64,000 nucleotides of DNA, taken from the IMG/VR virus record IMGVR_UViG_3300047489_000453, positions 64,001 through 128,000 of that record; one strand, 5' to 3'. This document shows positions 18,627 to 28,329 of the stretch, piece after piece. The position numbers and the translations under genes were made by a program. Positions within the stretch are counted from its first letter, which is position 1. Every line of letters starts with the position of its first letter. The notes under the pieces were generated by a model. It did no database searches, was not told the DNA's origin, and was given only the letters and a program-made list of their open reading frames with translations. This stretch comes from a virus.

Positions 18627-20330
18627 TTAAATTCCTATTGTTCCGAGGGCTTTTTCATACCAAGGTTTTTCTTCGTCTGAATGGAGTAGCGGAAGCGCTT
18701 CTCTAAGATATTCAGGCTTCAGTAAACCATACTCTTTTAATACTTTAGCAGTAGCCAATAAGTTTCTATTGTAGCGTGAAGCGCCTAAGTGGCCCATACC
18801 GGCCCCTGTCAAGCCGCCCATAGCTGCAAGGCCTAACGACTTACCTAGCCCCTGCCCTGTGTACTTACCGGCTACCCCGCCTGCAGCAGCTCCTACAAGT
18901 CCTTTAATGATAGACTCAGCCTTTGGGCTTCTCTTCATTTCTGAGAACTCATAGCCTTCGTCTTTCTTATCAGCCAACTGCTTGATCATGTCGTTAAATG
19001 TTCCTCTGGAAAGACCGGCTGATTCCAAGGTATCAGTAGGGTCAACCAAGGCCCTGGCTTGATGGAACATGGACAAAGCGTTGGACATCTGCTGCGGGCC
19101 AGTACCTCTAGCAACAGAGCCTAAGTCCCTAAAGGCCGCTGTCTTAGCCAGATTTGCTCCAAACTTAGCCGCATTAAGGTACCTGTTATTGGACATGATT
19201 GTTTCCTTATTTAAAGTATCCGCAGCTTTGGCCATTGGCTTTTTAGCTTTTGGCTTTTTCTTCTTTGCCTTTTCTTTTTCCCTAATAGCGTCCCTAAGCC
19301 TAGTAAGCTTTGTAAGGGCTAGTTCTTTGGGAATATTGTACTCTTTTGAATAAGCGTCGGCGTACTCGTCCAAGTAACTTTGTAAGGCCTTTTCATCTCC
19401 AAGAGATTTTCTACTGCCCAATGCCGAGCCTATAGAATAACCCAGCGGAGTTCCAATACCTTTTCCTACAACGTTACCAGTTAAGGCTCCTAGTATGCCG
19501 TAGCCTAGTGGCCCAGCCGGTGATCCTCCGCCGATTGCTGAGCCCTTCATGGCGCCCAATATACCGCCTCCAACTGTTCCAAGAGCGCCGCCTAAACTAT
19601 GGCCCCAATAACTGCCAAGCCCCATAGGTTTGGTTCTAGCCGATTGCTCCAGGGTCTTTACTAAAAGATCTGGGTCAAGCTTTGTCTTGGCCGCGCCGCT
19701 TAGTAGTCTATCTTTGCCTTTGTTCCAGGCCGCATGTTCCATCCATAAAGTAGGCGCAAATCGCTGATATAGGCCAGCGAGTGCGCTTCTTACTTTATCC
19801 TCAGGATCGTATTCATTAAAGTCAGTAGCATGGCCCAGCTCGTGCATCAATACGCCTGGGTTTCCAGAAGGAAGCCATACCTCGTCGGGAGTGCTCCAGT
19901 AAGCGTCGCCAAGCTCCTGGGTGTGAAACTGCTCTTTAGGAAAGTATTTGTTTTTAGCTTTTTCATCTATGAACGGGTTTTGAAACGAGGCTTTATCTTC
20001 GTCAGACACCCTTGGGTTCATTTTGACGCGCTTTTCTAAGTCATCAAGACGTGAACCATGCAGGCCTATTCTAACGTTATTGAGCGCATTATGGGTGGCG
20101 GCAGCCTCCATAGCTTTTCCGATAGCCTTAACTTGTTTAAGATTAATAGTGCCGCCTTCATTAGCTCCGCTACCTGTAGGCCAGGCTGGATCGTAGACAG
20201 GCATCTTATAGTGCTGATAAGCGTCTATGGCTTTTTTTATCATGTCTTGTACATTTGTCATTTTAGGCGCTCTCCTCCACTCTTCTTTTCTTACCAAACT
20301 TTTTATCGACAAGTTTGTTAACTCCCTCAA
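18627..20330 (-). CDS. Leader-family polyprotein: HExxH zincin-like segment, glycine zippers, internal second leader (start probably 20261)
   Basis: VLMHELGHA; long GxxxG arrays; internal MSNNRYLNAAKFGANLAKTAA at 19196. Confidence 0.6.
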   Translation of the reverse strand: MRELTNLSIKSLVRKEEWRRAPKMTNVQDMIKKAIDAYQHYKMPVYDPAWPTGSGANEGGTINLKQVKAIGKAMEAAATHNALNNVRIGLHGSRLDDLEKRVKMNPRVSDEDKASFQNPFIDEKAKNKYFPKEQFHTQELGDAYWSTPDEVWLPSGNPGVLMHELGHATDFNEYDPEDKVRSALAGLYQRFAPTLWMEHAAWNKGKDRLLSGAAKTKLDPDLLVKTLEQSARTKPMGLGSYWGHSLGGALGTVGGGILGAMKGSAIGGGSPAGPLGYGILGALTGNVVGKGIGTPLGYSIGSALGSRKSLGDEKALQSYLDEYADAYSKEYNIPKELALTKLTRLRDAIREKEKAKKKKPKAKKPMAKAADTLNKETIMSNNRYLNAAKFGANLAKTAAFRDLGSVARGTGPQQMSNALSMFHQARALVDPTDTLESAGLSRGTFNDMIKQLADKKDEGYEFSEMKRSPKAESIIKGLVGAAAGGVAGKYTGQGLGKSLGLAAMGGLTGAGMGHLGASRYNRNLLATAKVLKEYGLLKPEYLREALPLLHSDEEKPWYEKALGTIGI

Positions 20331-21582
20331 TATCAGAGGGGTCCATGTCGTAAATTTCTTTTTTAGCTATTCCAAGGTTTATAAGATCCTTAGTCGGCCT
20401 GCTAGTTAAAAATGGGCCGCCCCATTCTGGGTGCAGGTGAGTGGCTTTGAGCCCAGTGTACGAGTCTTCTGAGACATGTTTATTTAACAAATTAGCCGCT
20501 AATAGGGCTGCATAGTCGCCAAAGTTGTATTGCTTATCAAACTTGCGACCGCCTCTAACGTGATCAAGGGAGCCGCCTAAGTTGTCAAAGACTGAACTAG
20601 CGGCATAATTTAAATAATTTCCTGGAACTTCAGCCGGGTCGTCAACGAATAACCTTGTTAGAAACCTTGGTTCCTTATTTCTAACTATACCAGTTGGCCA
20701 TATTTTGCTTGAATCGCCGCCTATGCCGTTAATTTTTAAAGGCAGGTCGACAGCCATCATAAGCTGTTTTGGTGTTATATCCCTATAAAACAAACCAGCT
20801 CTTTTATTAAAGCTAGGAGCAAACGGACTATTCAAAGAGAAGCCGTTTGAATACAGGTCGTTATAGGCATTCATGTGATGAATGTCGTTTAGTCTGCTTA
20901 TTGCTCTTAGCTTTCTCATAGACTCGTCCCTGTTATATACAGGGTCAGACAAAAGGTCTCGCTTGGTAGCCCCCTGAGGAAGCCTTAGCATTAAATCTTT
21001 TATTCCTTCGTTCTGGGCTTTTCTAGAGAAGTAACCGCCTATACCTGTTAGCCCGCCAAGACCTAACCCGCCTATAAGAGAGGCCCCAAGAATTTTATTA
21101 AGATTAGTATCTTGAAGCTGTGAGCCCAGTGCGGCTCCGCCTAAAGATCCTGCGAGAGCGCCACCTAGGCCGTGAAGTAAGGCGCCTTTAGCTGGGCTGG
21201 AAAGAAGTTCCTGGGCTGGAGTGCCGTAAGACGAGAAAATACGCGGAAACCATCTAGATTCCCCCTCCTGCATTTTCTTTTTATCTTCTTCAGTAATGTC
21301 CCTTCGCTCGGCTACTGGCATGTTTTCTTGGACGGCCAGGTTCTTTATACCGTAAGCGCTTGCCCATTTATAAGACAAGTTAAACGGCTTATAGCCTGCA
21401 GCGCTGACATGGGTGCGCCTGGCAAGATCTGACTTTCTAAGGTTTTTGGGCATCCTGACTGGTTTTTTGGACTCATGCTGCCCTTCTTCCTTGTCGTCTT
21501 CCTCTTCGTCTTTTTTAACTTCTTCCGCAGCTGCTTTTCCAAGATACCTTGCGAACTCGGCTGCCTCGTTAAACCTATCCAT
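20263..21582 (-). CDS. Leader-family protein with glycine zippers
   Basis: MDRFNEAAEFARYLGKAAA; GLGGALAGSLGG; internal FNKRAG junction. Confidence 0.6.
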   Translation of the reverse strand: MDRFNEAAEFARYLGKAAAEEVKKDEEEDDKEEGQHESKKPVRMPKNLRKSDLARRTHVSAAGYKPFNLSYKWASAYGIKNLAVQENMPVAERRDITEEDKKKMQEGESRWFPRIFSSYGTPAQELLSSPAKGALLHGLGGALAGSLGGAALGSQLQDTNLNKILGASLIGGLGLGGLTGIGGYFSRKAQNEGIKDLMLRLPQGATKRDLLSDPVYNRDESMRKLRAISRLNDIHHMNAYNDLYSNGFSLNSPFAPSFNKRAGLFYRDITPKQLMMAVDLPLKINGIGGDSSKIWPTGIVRNKEPRFLTRLFVDDPAEVPGNYLNYAASSVFDNLGGSLDHVRGGRKFDKQYNFGDYAALLAANLLNKHVSEDSYTGLKATHLHPEWGGPFLTSRPTKDLINLGIAKKEIYDMDPSDIEGVNKLVDKKFGKKRRVEESA

Positions 21583-21600
21583 GGTTATCTCCGGTTAAAA

Positions 21601-22857
21601 TTAGGCCATTCCAATTCCTGGTGCAGCCTGGTCTCCCTTGACGATTGATAATATCTGCATGATGGCTTTCTTTTTTAAGTCATCACTATTAAGTAACATG
21701 GGCATAATCCGCCTTAGAGCGTCTGTCTTTCTAGGATACCTGTCACTCATATAGTAATCTAATACCTTCTGTGCGTCAGCTGGAGTAGCTACTGGTTTTC
21801 CAAGATCTTTAGAGTAATAGCGTTTGGCTTCGCTAAGGTGGGCACCCCATTCAGAAGGATTTCCAACATATTTTGCGGTAGTATCAAACTCGCTTGGAGA
21901 CATATTTATCTTTTTTAAAAATTTTTTCATTACTTCGATTTGAGGTTCGCTTATGATCTGAGTCATATTTGTCGAATCGGCAGGCCCAAACGCAGCGTGG
22001 GTCATCTCGTGCCCCAGTATAGAGTACCTGTCTTTTGCGTCAGGATTTAATACAACGTCCCCATAACTACTGAATGGTCGTCTAGGAGCGGCTCCTCCTA
22101 GGTTCTCTCTGCTAACTTTACCTCCATAGGTTGATCGGCCAGAATTGACTATCTTTATCATCTTGTCGATGTCGCTACCTTTACTGCTTATGTTAATAGG
22201 GGCGTCGAGGTCTTTTTGATTAAAAGTAACTAGGCCTAGCTTTTTAGCATCGTCTCTGTACTTTTCGGCATTTTCAACGGCCTTGTCAAATCCGCCCTCT
22301 GTGTCTTTGTAAAAAGGACTTACCACTTCTCTTAAAGAGGCCTTGGCCGAAGTCTCATCTGGAAACTTGAATCTATTTAGTTCGTTAATCAGGCTAGTGC
22401 TAGCCACTTGCCTTTTGTCTTTTGATGGTGGCTGATATGTAGTTTCGCCAGGATTTCTGTTTGGTTGTTGGGGAGTGCTGCCGCCTCTGGCCTGCCCTAA
22501 AGAAAGTAAAGATTTACGCAACGAAGGCACGACTCCTACAGCTCCGCCTATACCGGCGCCTGTAAGACCTCGACTAAGTGCTTCTCGAAGTCTTGACTTA
22601 TCTTTCATTTCGTAGACAGGATCACCATCCTTGTCATACATTGGCTTGCCTTTTTTATCCTTCTTCTGAACATATTCAGATCTAGGAAACAAGGCTCCAT
22701 ACAAAGCGCCAACAGGCCCACCGATAGAGGCACCTATGCCTGCCCCTCTAAGAGGGCTTTCGTCCATATTTAAATCCCCAAACCTGTGAGCCAACCCTAC
22801 TATGGGGGCTATTAGTTTAGGAAGAGGCGCAGCGGACTTGTTGTGACCTTTGTTCAT
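21601..22857 (-). CDS. Glycine-zipper protein with C-terminal HExxH zincin-like motif
   Basis: NKSAA start; GAGIGASIGG; ILGHEMTHA followed by Y..NPSE..A. Confidence 0.6.
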   Translation of the reverse strand: MNKGHNKSAAPLPKLIAPIVGLAHRFGDLNMDESPLRGAGIGASIGGPVGALYGALFPRSEYVQKKDKKGKPMYDKDGDPVYEMKDKSRLREALSRGLTGAGIGGAVGVVPSLRKSLLSLGQARGGSTPQQPNRNPGETTYQPPSKDKRQVASTSLINELNRFKFPDETSAKASLREVVSPFYKDTEGGFDKAVENAEKYRDDAKKLGLVTFNQKDLDAPINISSKGSDIDKMIKIVNSGRSTYGGKVSRENLGGAAPRRPFSSYGDVVLNPDAKDRYSILGHEMTHAAFGPADSTNMTQIISEPQIEVMKKFLKKINMSPSEFDTTAKYVGNPSEWGAHLSEAKRYYSKDLGKPVATPADAQKVLDYYMSDRYPRKTDALRRIMPMLLNSDDLKKKAIMQILSIVKGDQAAPGIGMA

Positions 22858-22868
22858 TTGCCTATACC

Positions 22869-23282
22869 TTAAAACAACTTCTTAGGAGTTTTACTTTCAA
22901 TAACAGGAGACTTAGCCGGTAAAGGCTGTTCCTGGGGTAACTTTATATTAGACCAATCTATATCCTTTGGCGCCATACTACCTTGCGGAGTAAACGTAGC
23001 CCCTGGCTGGATTACGCCGTCTTTCATTATGGCCTTGGTAGTACCCGGACCAGTAGCACCTGCTGCCGCCCTGGCTGCTTGACCTTTTCTATATAGTTCC
23101 TGCCTAGTTTTATATATGTCGTTTTCTCTCCAGGTATAAGCCTTTCCATCTTCTGGCTTAGGCCTTGGTAGAGTTTCTGGAGTATATCTAGGCATATATG
23201 GCGGGCCTGCTAACTCTAATGGAGCGCCTGCGGCTTTTCCCATTCTTGCTCCAAAGCTTGCCGCTTTTTGAAATCTATTCAT
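22869..23282 (-). CDS. Leader-family protein
   Basis: MNRFQKAASFGARMGKAA. Confidence 0.6.
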   Translation of the reverse strand: MNRFQKAASFGARMGKAAGAPLELAGPPYMPRYTPETLPRPKPEDGKAYTWRENDIYKTRQELYRKGQAARAAAGATGPGTTKAIMKDGVIQPGATFTPQGSMAPKDIDWSNIKLPQEQPLPAKSPVIESKTPKKLF

Positions 23283-23284
23283 AA

Positions 23285-23539
23285 TTACTCATTCCTAGTA
23301 AAAACGTAAGTAATAAAGGATACCACTATTAACAACAGGCCTATGGGGGCTGTGAAGAAAAACCATAAAAAAGGCAATGCCGCCCCAGCTGATTTGTCGT
23401 TGGCTGGTAAATTCCATATGGCTGCAAAATAGGCTTCTGCTCTGCTTGGACTAATAAAGAAAGCCGGTAACGGCCAGCAAATTCCGTAGATTCCGGCTAA
23501 TAGTAGTATGACTGCAAATATATGGGCGTATAACTTCAT
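23285..23539 (-). CDS. Small membrane protein (2 TM)
   Basis: Two hydrophobic segments. Confidence 0.55.
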   Translation of the reverse strand: MKLYAHIFAVILLLAGIYGICWPLPAFFISPSRAEAYFAAIWNLPANDKSAGAALPFLWFFFTAPIGLLLIVVSFITYVFTRNE

Positions 23540-23547
23540 TTGTTTCC

Positions 23548-23970
23548 CTAAGCAGCGTCATGAATTCTTGGTTGTATGCCGTTAACTTCCTGTTCAAACA
23601 ACTTTCTTTTAAGTCCTATAATCTCTTCTTCCAGCTGAATGACTCTCTTTCTAAGTTCATCATTCTCTTTTCTACAGTTACGTCTGTCATTCTGCAGTTC
23701 TTCCATGTCTTTTTTCAAGTCCACTATCTCGTTTCTAATAAAATCGTGCATGGACTTGGTAGTTTCAACTATCATTCGATACTCTTCAAATATGGTGTCG
23801 TGCTCCTTATGCTCCATTCTTTGCTGCTGAAGATTGAGCTTTTGCAGCTCAACCTCCGCAGTCTTTGATGTCTTTAACTTATTTATGTAAATCATAGATA
23901 CGGCGCCAGCGATTGAGCCGATGGCGCCTATGATGATGCTAACTGCTGACAGGGCTATTTCAAAACTCAT
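23548..23970 (-). CDS. N-terminal TM plus coiled-coil protein
   Basis: Hydrophobic residues 4-28, then a heptad-rich charged region. Confidence 0.6.
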   Translation of the reverse strand: MSFEIALSAVSIIIGAIGSIAGAVSMIYINKLKTSKTAEVELQKLNLQQQRMEHKEHDTIFEEYRMIVETTKSMHDFIRNEIVDLKKDMEELQNDRRNCRKENDELRKRVIQLEEEIIGLKRKLFEQEVNGIQPRIHDAA

Positions 23971-23972
23971 AG

Positions 23973-24788
23973 TTATCTCCCTGGGTTAGTTAGGTTTAGA
24001 GTGTTTCTAGAAATAGGATCAGGAGCTGGGGCGGGTCCTGGGTTAGTAGAATTTATAACAGCCTGGGATATAGGAGCAGTATCGCCTGAAGATTGAGCCG
24101 ATGCAACCACTTGTGGCTTGGGTATAGTAGCTCCATAAGCATTTAACTTACTCAAAATTTCGGCCTGTCTTGCCTTCATCTTGGCAAGCGTAGCTTTAAG
24201 ATCCTTTAGTTGATTGTTAAGTGAATCTATTTCTTTCTTGCTAAGGTTCCTTGTGGCCCTGCCGTTGATGGCTCTATCCATTTGATTAATTTGCGCTTCT
24301 GTAGCTGGGATTTGCTTTTTGATATTAGCCAATTCAGATTGAAGGGCCGCTATATCTGCAGGCACCCCTGAGGAACCTCCGCCGCCAGAAGACGCACTGT
24401 TCTTGGCGGCATTATATTCTTTGTTGAGGACTACTAAAATGTCGGTGTACTTCTTTGATACGGAGTTAAGTTGGTCTTTACGTGGCCTGTACTGCTTTTC
24501 AAACGACTGAACCAGCTCAACCGCGCCTTTTACAGCAGGGTCCGCTAGCACCTTTTTAATGTCAGTAACTCCGGCTGCAGCGTACTTGTCCAAGGTTGCT
24601 TTATATATAAGGTTGTAAGTCGATACTGAGTTCTCGTAATTAAACTTGAGAAATAACAAATTATCCAAATCCCTGGCTGCGGCTTCAACCTGACTTACGG
24701 TCTTATTGCCAATACGGCCTTTCATGAACTTGTACGAGTCAAGTCCCTGTAAGGCAGTCATAGTAGGGGAATAAGGAATAGCGGCCAT
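23973..24788 (-). CDS. Coiled-coil protein with conserved C-terminal tail
   Basis: Tail AVINSTNPGPAPAPDPISRNTLNLTNPGR is shared with the next gene. Confidence 0.6.
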   Translation of the reverse strand: MAAIPYSPTMTALQGLDSYKFMKGRIGNKTVSQVEAAARDLDNLLFLKFNYENSVSTYNLIYKATLDKYAAAGVTDIKKVLADPAVKGAVELVQSFEKQYRPRKDQLNSVSKKYTDILVVLNKEYNAAKNSASSGGGGSSGVPADIAALQSELANIKKQIPATEAQINQMDRAINGRATRNLSKKEIDSLNNQLKDLKATLAKMKARQAEILSKLNAYGATIPKPQVVASAQSSGDTAPISQAVINSTNPGPAPAPDPISRNTLNLTNPGR

Positions 24789-24831
24789 CTTAGCTCCTTG
24801 CGCTTAGCGCTTATGATATAGGTCAAATCAA

Positions 24832-25797
24832 CTATCTTCTTGCTGGGTTAGTTAGATTTTTTACATTGTTTGAAATGGGGTCAGGTTTAGCTGGCTTTGG
24901 AGGATTAGTCTGAGCTATTACTGCAGATGACGGCTTTAAAGCGGCATTCTTTGTAGGAGCCGGTTTTGGAATAGGCCTGCTCTTCAAAGACTTAGCCGCT
25001 ATCGCGAGAGCCCCTTTGACTTGATCGAGGGTGGCTTCTTTAGGCAGCTCTCTTGCTATTTTAGACAGGTCTGTATTTGATAGCTTGTTTCCATCAGGCA
25101 CAAGGGTAGCTGCCAGGCCAAGAGTGGTTAGATTCCAAACCAATTGCTTAGACGCCAATCCATTATTCAATACGTTGGTTATATTGCCCGGAGTAAATGA
25201 GTCTTTGTTTACTTTGTTTGGATTGGTCAAGTCTTTTAAAGAATTCTGATAGTTAAAGGCTGCTTGTGCTTCTTGTCTGGCGCCAGCTACGGCCACGTCG
25301 TTGGCCGCCCTGGCATCAGCTACTATTGAACCCATTACTTGGTCAGGAGATGGAAGTGGAGATTGATTTGGATTGTTAGGGCTTTTGTAGTTGTTAATAG
25401 TAGACTGGGAGTTGAATATGTCCTTATTGTATTTTGTTATCTTGGCGTTGAAATCAGCTTCTGCCTGCCCTGGGTCGCCAATATAGCCGCCCGCAGATCC
25501 AGCAGATTTTAGCTTTCCGCCGTTTCTTATCACTATGGCTTTCCACTTATCTACCTCTAATTGAAGTTTTGTATAAGTAGCAAAGCTATAACCAGGCGCT
25601 CTTTGGTCAGGGTTAGCTACTTTAAAGTCCGCCAAAGCCTTGTAAGCGTTGTTATAAGACGTGGCTATTGATGTATAGTACTTTATTCTTTCGTTGGCTA
25701 TTACGATAATATTGTTTGCTCTGATTACGGTAGTCGGGGCGCCTGAGAACCCTGCTGCTGGTTTGTCGACGTCTATTCCTTCATATATAAAAGCCAT
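24832..25797 (-). CDS. Helical protein with conserved C-terminal tail
   Basis: Tail AVIAQTNPPKPAKPDPISNNVKNLTNPARR. Confidence 0.6.
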   Translation of the reverse strand: MAFIYEGIDVDKPAAGFSGAPTTVIRANNIIVIANERIKYYTSIATSYNNAYKALADFKVANPDQRAPGYSFATYTKLQLEVDKWKAIVIRNGGKLKSAGSAGGYIGDPGQAEADFNAKITKYNKDIFNSQSTINNYKSPNNPNQSPLPSPDQVMGSIVADARAANDVAVAGARQEAQAAFNYQNSLKDLTNPNKVNKDSFTPGNITNVLNNGLASKQLVWNLTTLGLAATLVPDGNKLSNTDLSKIARELPKEATLDQVKGALAIAAKSLKSRPIPKPAPTKNAALKPSSAVIAQTNPPKPAKPDPISNNVKNLTNPARR

Positions 25798-25821
25798 TTT
25801 TAAATTACCCCATATAAAATT

Positions 25822-25837
25822 GTGGAGACGTCTCCAA
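25822..25837. repeat. Dispersed palindrome copy GTGGAGACGTCTCCAA
   Basis: 1 mismatch; intergenic. Confidence 0.8.
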
Positions 25838-25895
25838 AAATAAAGGCCCTGCGGTAATTTTACACGCAGAGCCTTAGTAATTAAAGCAATATTTA

Positions 25896-26360
25896 CTAAT
25901 CCATGTCATCCGACGTGAACAATATCTCAGGGCACTTCTCGGAAAGCATCATTACGTCGTATTCAGTAGGGTAGTGTCTGAGGGCTGACCTTATTAGTTC
26001 TTTAGTTTCGTCCGTTATTACATCTTCTGATCGATCATTTATAAGAAGATTGGTAAGAAGCGTTCTAGCAAAGTTTATACTTCTTGCCCTTTCAAACGGT
26101 AAGGTCATATGAAAATCCTCAGCCTGATCCCATTCGACGTCACACCTGTTTACTTCCAAGATCTTATCAATTAACGACTTAAGTTTATCAGGATCATTGT
26201 TCATAAGAGTGTTAACCTGAAGTTCCCTCGGATCCCCTCCCCGAGGACCTACGGCTACTGTGAGCTCAGGGCAAGTAATATGAGTGTAAACTGCCCACTC
26301 CGCCTGCCGCATCTCGAAGCTTTCGCCATGATGCGGGTACCTTAGCGACGATAAAGGCAT
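25896..26360 (-). CDS. Hypothetical protein; C-terminal half BPSL0761-like
   Basis: MTLPFERARS...AR..L....RSALRHYP. Confidence 0.45.
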   Translation of the reverse strand: MPLSSLRYPHHGESFEMRQAEWAVYTHITCPELTVAVGPRGGDPRELQVNTLMNNDPDKLKSLIDKILEVNRCDVEWDQAEDFHMTLPFERARSINFARTLLTNLLINDRSEDVITDETKELIRSALRHYPTEYDVMMLSEKCPEILFTSDDMD

Positions 26361-26449
26361 CCTGCCACGCCGCTCCTAACCAGCTGACACTCTCAGCTAA
26401 ACTTCAGGTCAACGGCGGTATTCTATAGTATTGGCTGTCTTTGTCTATA

Positions 26450-27175
26450 CTATTCTTCGTTTTCGTCTTCTATCTCGTCTGTACTGGCAAAGTATATCTT
26501 TATCTCTTTTATGATATCCAGGCGGTTTAAAGACGGAAACAACATAAACAAAGCGTCTCTGACTTTACTTGGATTAGGCGTTATCTGGCACATATCCGGG
26601 TCGTTATCGGCTATGTGCATGGTTATTTGAAGAAATGGTGGCTTTTCGCCGTCGTAGTCGTCCTCATATTCGTCAGAGTTATCTTCGTATATTACGGCGT
26701 CTTCGCTATCACTATCGCTATCGCTGTCACTGTCATAAGATGACTCGTAACCCAAAGCCTCAAAGCTGGCTTCAAAGTTTTCGTCTGAGTCAGAGGATGA
26801 ATCTGAGTCAGACTCGCTCTCCCATGTACCCCAGGGCTTCTCCTCGTCAGCAAATATGTCGTCGCTTACTTCTTCGCTTTCTTTATTTACCTTGGGTTCT
26901 CTAACTTTTACCGTGTGCATAAACAACGGACCAAATCCACCTGACTTTGACTTCTCTACTAGTTTAGTAAAGTATTCGTTAAGAGCCTCTTTTGACTCAA
27001 ACCCCATTTCGGCAATGATGTCTATCATTATGAAGGTGTCGTAGACAGGCAGGAACTCGTCGTTAGGCGCCGTTACAACACCTACTAGGGCTCTGTCGTA
27101 TCCTTCTATAAGAGATATCTTTGGATAAAGGCCTTTTAACTCTTCGGCCGTAAGTTTTTTATTGCTTTCAAACAT
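26450..27175 (-). CDS. Acidic protein with Ser-Asp repeats
   Basis: SESDSDSSSDSD and YDSDSDSDSDSED tracts. Confidence 0.65.
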   Translation of the reverse strand: MFESNKKLTAEELKGLYPKISLIEGYDRALVGVVTAPNDEFLPVYDTFIMIDIIAEMGFESKEALNEYFTKLVEKSKSGGFGPLFMHTVKVREPKVNKESEEVSDDIFADEEKPWGTWESESDSDSSSDSDENFEASFEALGYESSYDSDSDSDSDSEDAVIYEDNSDEYEDDYDGEKPPFLQITMHIADNDPDMCQITPNPSKVRDALFMLFPSLNRLDIIKEIKIYFASTDEIEDENEE

Positions 27176-27359
27176 AATGTCACCACAAATTATGAAGTGT
27201 AATTATCTTGATTAAGTTGTATTACTTACCGGCTGCTAAATCAACCATAAGTGGAAGCTAATCCACTATTTTGTCTAATAAAAGTATACTGCAGTTATTC
27301 TTATTTTTAAGAATCTATTCTCACTTTTAAGAAACGGGTCGTAAATTTGTAAATTTTAC

Positions 27360-27386
27360 GTAAGTAGAAACGTAATAAGGACTTAC
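27360..27386. promoter_or_regulatory. GTAAGT-N15-ACTTAC inverted site
   Basis: Arms extend to ACGTAAGT/ACTTACGT; AT-rich intergenic region. Confidence 0.5.
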
Positions 27387-27420
27387 GTCGAGTCGGGGTT
27401 TAAGGTAAAGGAAGTTTACC

Positions 27421-27708
27421 TTAAGCAGTAGGGGGTTGCAACTTATTTTTAGCTAAAAAAGGATTATCTTCTTTATCACCTAACTGCTTCTGTGTCATAG
27501 GGTTAGGTGATATATTCTTATAATTGAGAATAGATGGTTTCATTTTTTTATTATTAGAACCAACATAGCCCAGATTACCCATGGCTGACTTAACAGCTGG
27601 ACCGCCTTTAGTACAGTTACAGAAGTCATAACCTGTCAGTAGGGTTAATATTTTTTTAACAGCTTCTAATTTATCGTTATTAGCCATGATTCTACCTTGA
27701 TGATACAA
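27421..27708 (-). CDS. Hypothetical protein
   Basis: ORF in a co-oriented, tightly packed run. Confidence 0.5.
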   Translation of the reverse strand: MYHQGRIMANNDKLEAVKKILTLLTGYDFCNCTKGGPAVKSAMGNLGYVGSNNKKMKPSILNYKNISPNPMTQKQLGDKEDNPFLAKNKLQPPTA

Positions 27709-27934
27709 ATGGGGTCATTTTGCCGTTATCCAATACAACTTTATCAGAGGCGTGTTCAGCGCAAAAGTCTAAGAATGACTCGAAGTGATTCTTAATATTG
27801 ATAATATCCATGTCAGACAGGCTTGTGTCAGCCTTGATCCTTGCTGATATAAAGTCATCAACAAGAGTCTCTACAAAAGATTCATACTGATCACCTGTAA
27901 ACAACCTAAGATTGGGTCGCTTTGACATAGACAT
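27692..27934 (-). CDS. Hypothetical protein
   Basis: ORF translationally coupled to the upstream gene. Confidence 0.55.
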   Translation of the reverse strand: MSMSKRPNLRLFTGDQYESFVETLVDDFISARIKADTSLSDMDIINIKNHFESFLDFCAEHASDKVVLDNGKMTPFVSSR

Positions 27935-28311
27935 TACTTACCCCCTGTAATAGGTGCTGATGTATCAATTTGATTCTCTGTCCTAGGTGAGGCCAGCATC
28001 TCAGTTGGACCCATGACATTGATAGATACAGATGGTGACGTAATAGTGCTGGACTTATTAAAAGGAATCTTCTCGCCTGTGGATAATATGACAGCTATGC
28101 CTGTATCAATATACTCCATGGCTACAACAGGTTTTTGGCTGATAAGTTCCTTTGACGATTTGATAAAATCAATCACTACTTTATTTGTTGCGTCGTCTGG
28201 ATTGCTCTTATCCTTCCAATTCGTATATAGCCAGGTAAGTAAATCAGGATCATCCTGGGTATACACATTGAACCCGACCGTGTTTTTAAGATACTGAGAC
28301 ATAGCTGACAT
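27934..28311 (-). CDS. Hypothetical protein
   Basis: ORF track. Confidence 0.55.
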   Translation of the reverse strand: MSAMSQYLKNTVGFNVYTQDDPDLLTWLYTNWKDKSNPDDATNKVVIDFIKSSKELISQKPVVAMEYIDTGIAVILSTGEKIPFNKSSTITSPSVSINVMGPTEMLASPRTENQIDTSAPITGGK

Positions 28312-28329
28312 ATGAAAGCCTTTCTAGTA

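Noticed and set aside
20355-20371. TTTTTTAGCTATT terminator tail on the plus strand
   Set aside because: Inside a CDS with no preceding hairpin; likely chance.
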